Origin: a virus
Taxonomy: Duplodnaviria > Caudoviricetes
Reading direction: 5' to 3' (one strand)
Length of the DNA stretch: 26,741 nucleotides
IMG/VR virus record: IMGVR_UViG_3300035200_000096
Span: 1-26,741 of that record
Of the stretch, positions 25,636 through 26,741 are shown in pieces. The notes below the pieces were generated by a model. That model was not told the origin of the DNA. It did not search any database and worked only from the letters and a program-made list of their open reading frames with translations. Positions within the stretch are counted from its first letter, which is position 1; every line of letters starts with the position of its first letter. The position numbers were made by a program, and so were the translations under genes.

Positions 25636-25887
25636 GCCGAATGCATCGCGTCGCATTTCAGCACGCCACTCTGCGCGTTGTTCTTCTTCGCGGCGCATCG
25701 CTTCGTAGGCCGCAACGCATGTGCCGCAGGCGGTGTGCCAAGGCGCACCAATGAAAATCGCACCGCACTCCAGGCATTCGCAGCCGCCAGGTTCAGTAGT
25801 CGGCCTGTCGCGTGTCGGCACATCGGCGCCTAACCCGTCGGTCGAGCCGAAAACCAACGGCGGGTCAGATTTGTTCGCTTCGGTCAT
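25630..25887 (-). CDS. cassette C zinc-finger-like protein (85 aa)
   Basis: CLEC...CGTC; ATG in the attC-4 loop; stop in the core of site 3. Confidence 0.7.
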   Translation of the reverse strand: MTEANKSDPPLVFGSTDGLGADVPTRDRPTTEPGGCECLECGAIFIGAPWHTACGTCVAAYEAMRREEEQRAEWRAEMRRDAFGV

Positions 25888-25929
25888 AGTGTGCTGGCCG
25901 TTGGTTTCGGCTCACCTCGAACGTTAGGC
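25828..25929 (+). other. attC site 4 (complete, 102 bp)
   Basis: R'' GCCTAAC, 5 nt, L'' GGTCGAGC, stem CGAAAACCAACGGC/GCCGTTGGTTTCG, L' GCTCACC, 6 nt, R' GTTAGGC. Confidence 0.93.
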
Positions 25930-26166
25930 TTCTTGAACATCCGGCTCGTTGATGCAGCCGTGATACACGTTGCCCTGCACGATCTGGCGGTGCACTTCGA
26001 CCTCCACGCATTCAGGCGCCGCCGCCTCCGCGGCCTTGTCATAGGGCTTCAGCTCTACGTTCCAGTTCACGTCAAAAGCCGCGTCAATAGCCGCTTCTTC
26101 GTTGTCGGCCTCCACCGTCACAGCCACGGCCATCGTGCAGGGAATCGTTACGTTGTAGGTTGGCAT
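25924..26166 (-). CDS. cassette D acidic protein (80 aa)
   Basis: MPTYNVTI...VEADNEEAAI; GGAG RBS; stop in the R' of attC-4. Confidence 0.75.
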   Translation of the reverse strand: MPTYNVTIPCTMAVAVTVEADNEEAAIDAAFDVNWNVELKPYDKAAEAAAPECVEVEVHRQIVQGNVYHGCINEPDVQEA

Positions 26167-26185
26167 TCCAAGTTCTCCGCGAGAA

Positions 26186-26241
26186 GCCTAACCCTTCGTT
26201 CCACGCGACGCCTCCGGCGCGGCTGAACTCCGACGGTATGC
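26186..26241 (+). other. attC site 5 (short, 56 bp, non-canonical R')
   Basis: GCCTAAC CCTTC GTTCCACG CGACGCCTCCGGCGCG GCTGAAC TCCGAC GGTATGC; layout of short aadA-type 59-be. Confidence 0.85.
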
Positions 26242-26249
26242 GTCGTCTG

Positions 26250-26375
26250 TCATTTCCATCCCCCTATTCCGCGGAGTATGTTCCACAGCATCCACGTCAG
26301 CACGCCCAGCGCCATCACCACCGGAACCGAGGCTATCGCCAGCGGCCAGTCCAACAGGCTCCATCCGCAATTCAT
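26250..26375 (-). CDS. small single-pass membrane protein (41 aa)
   Basis: MNCGWSLLDWPLAIASVPVVMALGVLTWMLWNILRGIGGWK; GAGGTGA RBS; not in the ORF track. Confidence 0.65.
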   Translation of the reverse strand: MNCGWSLLDWPLAIASVPVVMALGVLTWMLWNILRGIGGWK

Positions 26376-26397
26376 ACGTCACCTCTTGTGTAGTCCT

Positions 26398-26595
26398 TCA
26401 TGGTCTCCATTCAAACACCCACCGCACCCGCTGTCGGATCGCGGCTTCGTAGTCGTAGGGGGCGGACTCACGCAGTTGCTGCTTCTGGCGTTTTGAGGTT
26501 TCCAGGGAGCATCGCTTGCAGTTGCCCGATGAGGTGTAGCGGGTCGTGCCGCCGCACCTGCTGCACGGTGACCCTTCGAAGGTTGTTGGTCTCAT
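26398..26595 (-). CDS. zinc-finger protein (65 aa)
   Basis: CSRC...RY..SGNCKRC; ATGA overlap. Confidence 0.7.
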   Translation of the reverse strand: MRPTTFEGSPCSRCGGTTRYTSSGNCKRCSLETSKRQKQQLRESAPYDYEAAIRQRVRWVFEWRP

Positions 26596-26741
26596 GACCC
26601 GGAGCCGTTGCCGGAGCCGGAGTCGGAGCCGGAGCCGTTGCCGTTGCCGTAGCCGTCGCCGTTGCCGTAGCCGTCGCCGTTGCCGTAGCCTTTGCCGTCA
26701 CCGTAGCTACTGCCGTAACCGTCGCCATAGCCCTCACCGTA
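26592..26741 (-). CDS. 3' end of a Gly-rich (GYG/GDG/GSG) repeat protein
   Basis: YGEGYGDGYGSSYGDGKGYGNGDGYGNGDGYGNGNGSGSDSGSGNGSGS*; truncated by the window edge. Confidence 0.75.
   Translation of the reverse strand, partial: YGEGYGDGYGSSYGDGKGYGNGDGYGNGDGYGNGNGSGSDSGSGNGSGS

Larger units (their letters stand above)
24857..26235 (+). mobile_element. array of four integron-type gene cassettes without integrase (CALIN-like)
   Basis: cassettes 24857-25210, 25211-25629, 25630-25923, 25924-26235; each starts TTAG, holds one ORF and ends in an attC-like site. Confidence 0.85.

Noticed and set aside
24808-26241. Spaced repeats as a CRISPR array or simple terminators
   Set aside because: Units are 300-420 bp apart with whole ORFs between them, sequences diverge while attC box geometry is kept, and there are no U tracts.
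26188-26382. 64-aa ORF from the track
   Set aside because: The overlapping 41-aa membrane ORF (26250-26375) has a well-spaced RBS and stop/start coupling.
24553-26420. Two small ORFs both ending in FEWRP
   Set aside because: Only a 13 of 15 nt match with no further similarity; may be chance.
26468-26737. 89-aa ATATAT ORF
   Set aside because: Alternative frame of the Gly-rich repeat gene.

Overview
GC-rich tailed-phage (siphovirus, HK97-fold capsid) genome segment. The + strand (39-24026) holds the virion module: TerS, TerL, prohead protease, major capsid, an Ig-like protein, a displaced portal, a large fibre/spike block, head-tail joining genes, tail tube, frameshifted tail chaperones, tape measure and tail tip genes. 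An antisense M28-type peptidase with its own promoter sits where the portal usually is. The - strand (24023-26741) is a leftward operon of small genes. The standout is 24808-26241: five integron attC-like sites (two complete, one with a mutated core, one collapsed, one half-eroded) delimit four one-gene cassettes. The genes lie on the attC bottom strand, opposite to most integron cassettes. Every stop codon is the TAA of a GTTAG core site, and two start codons lie inside the attC hairpin. No integrase is present in the window. All assignments come from motif reading; no database searches were run.
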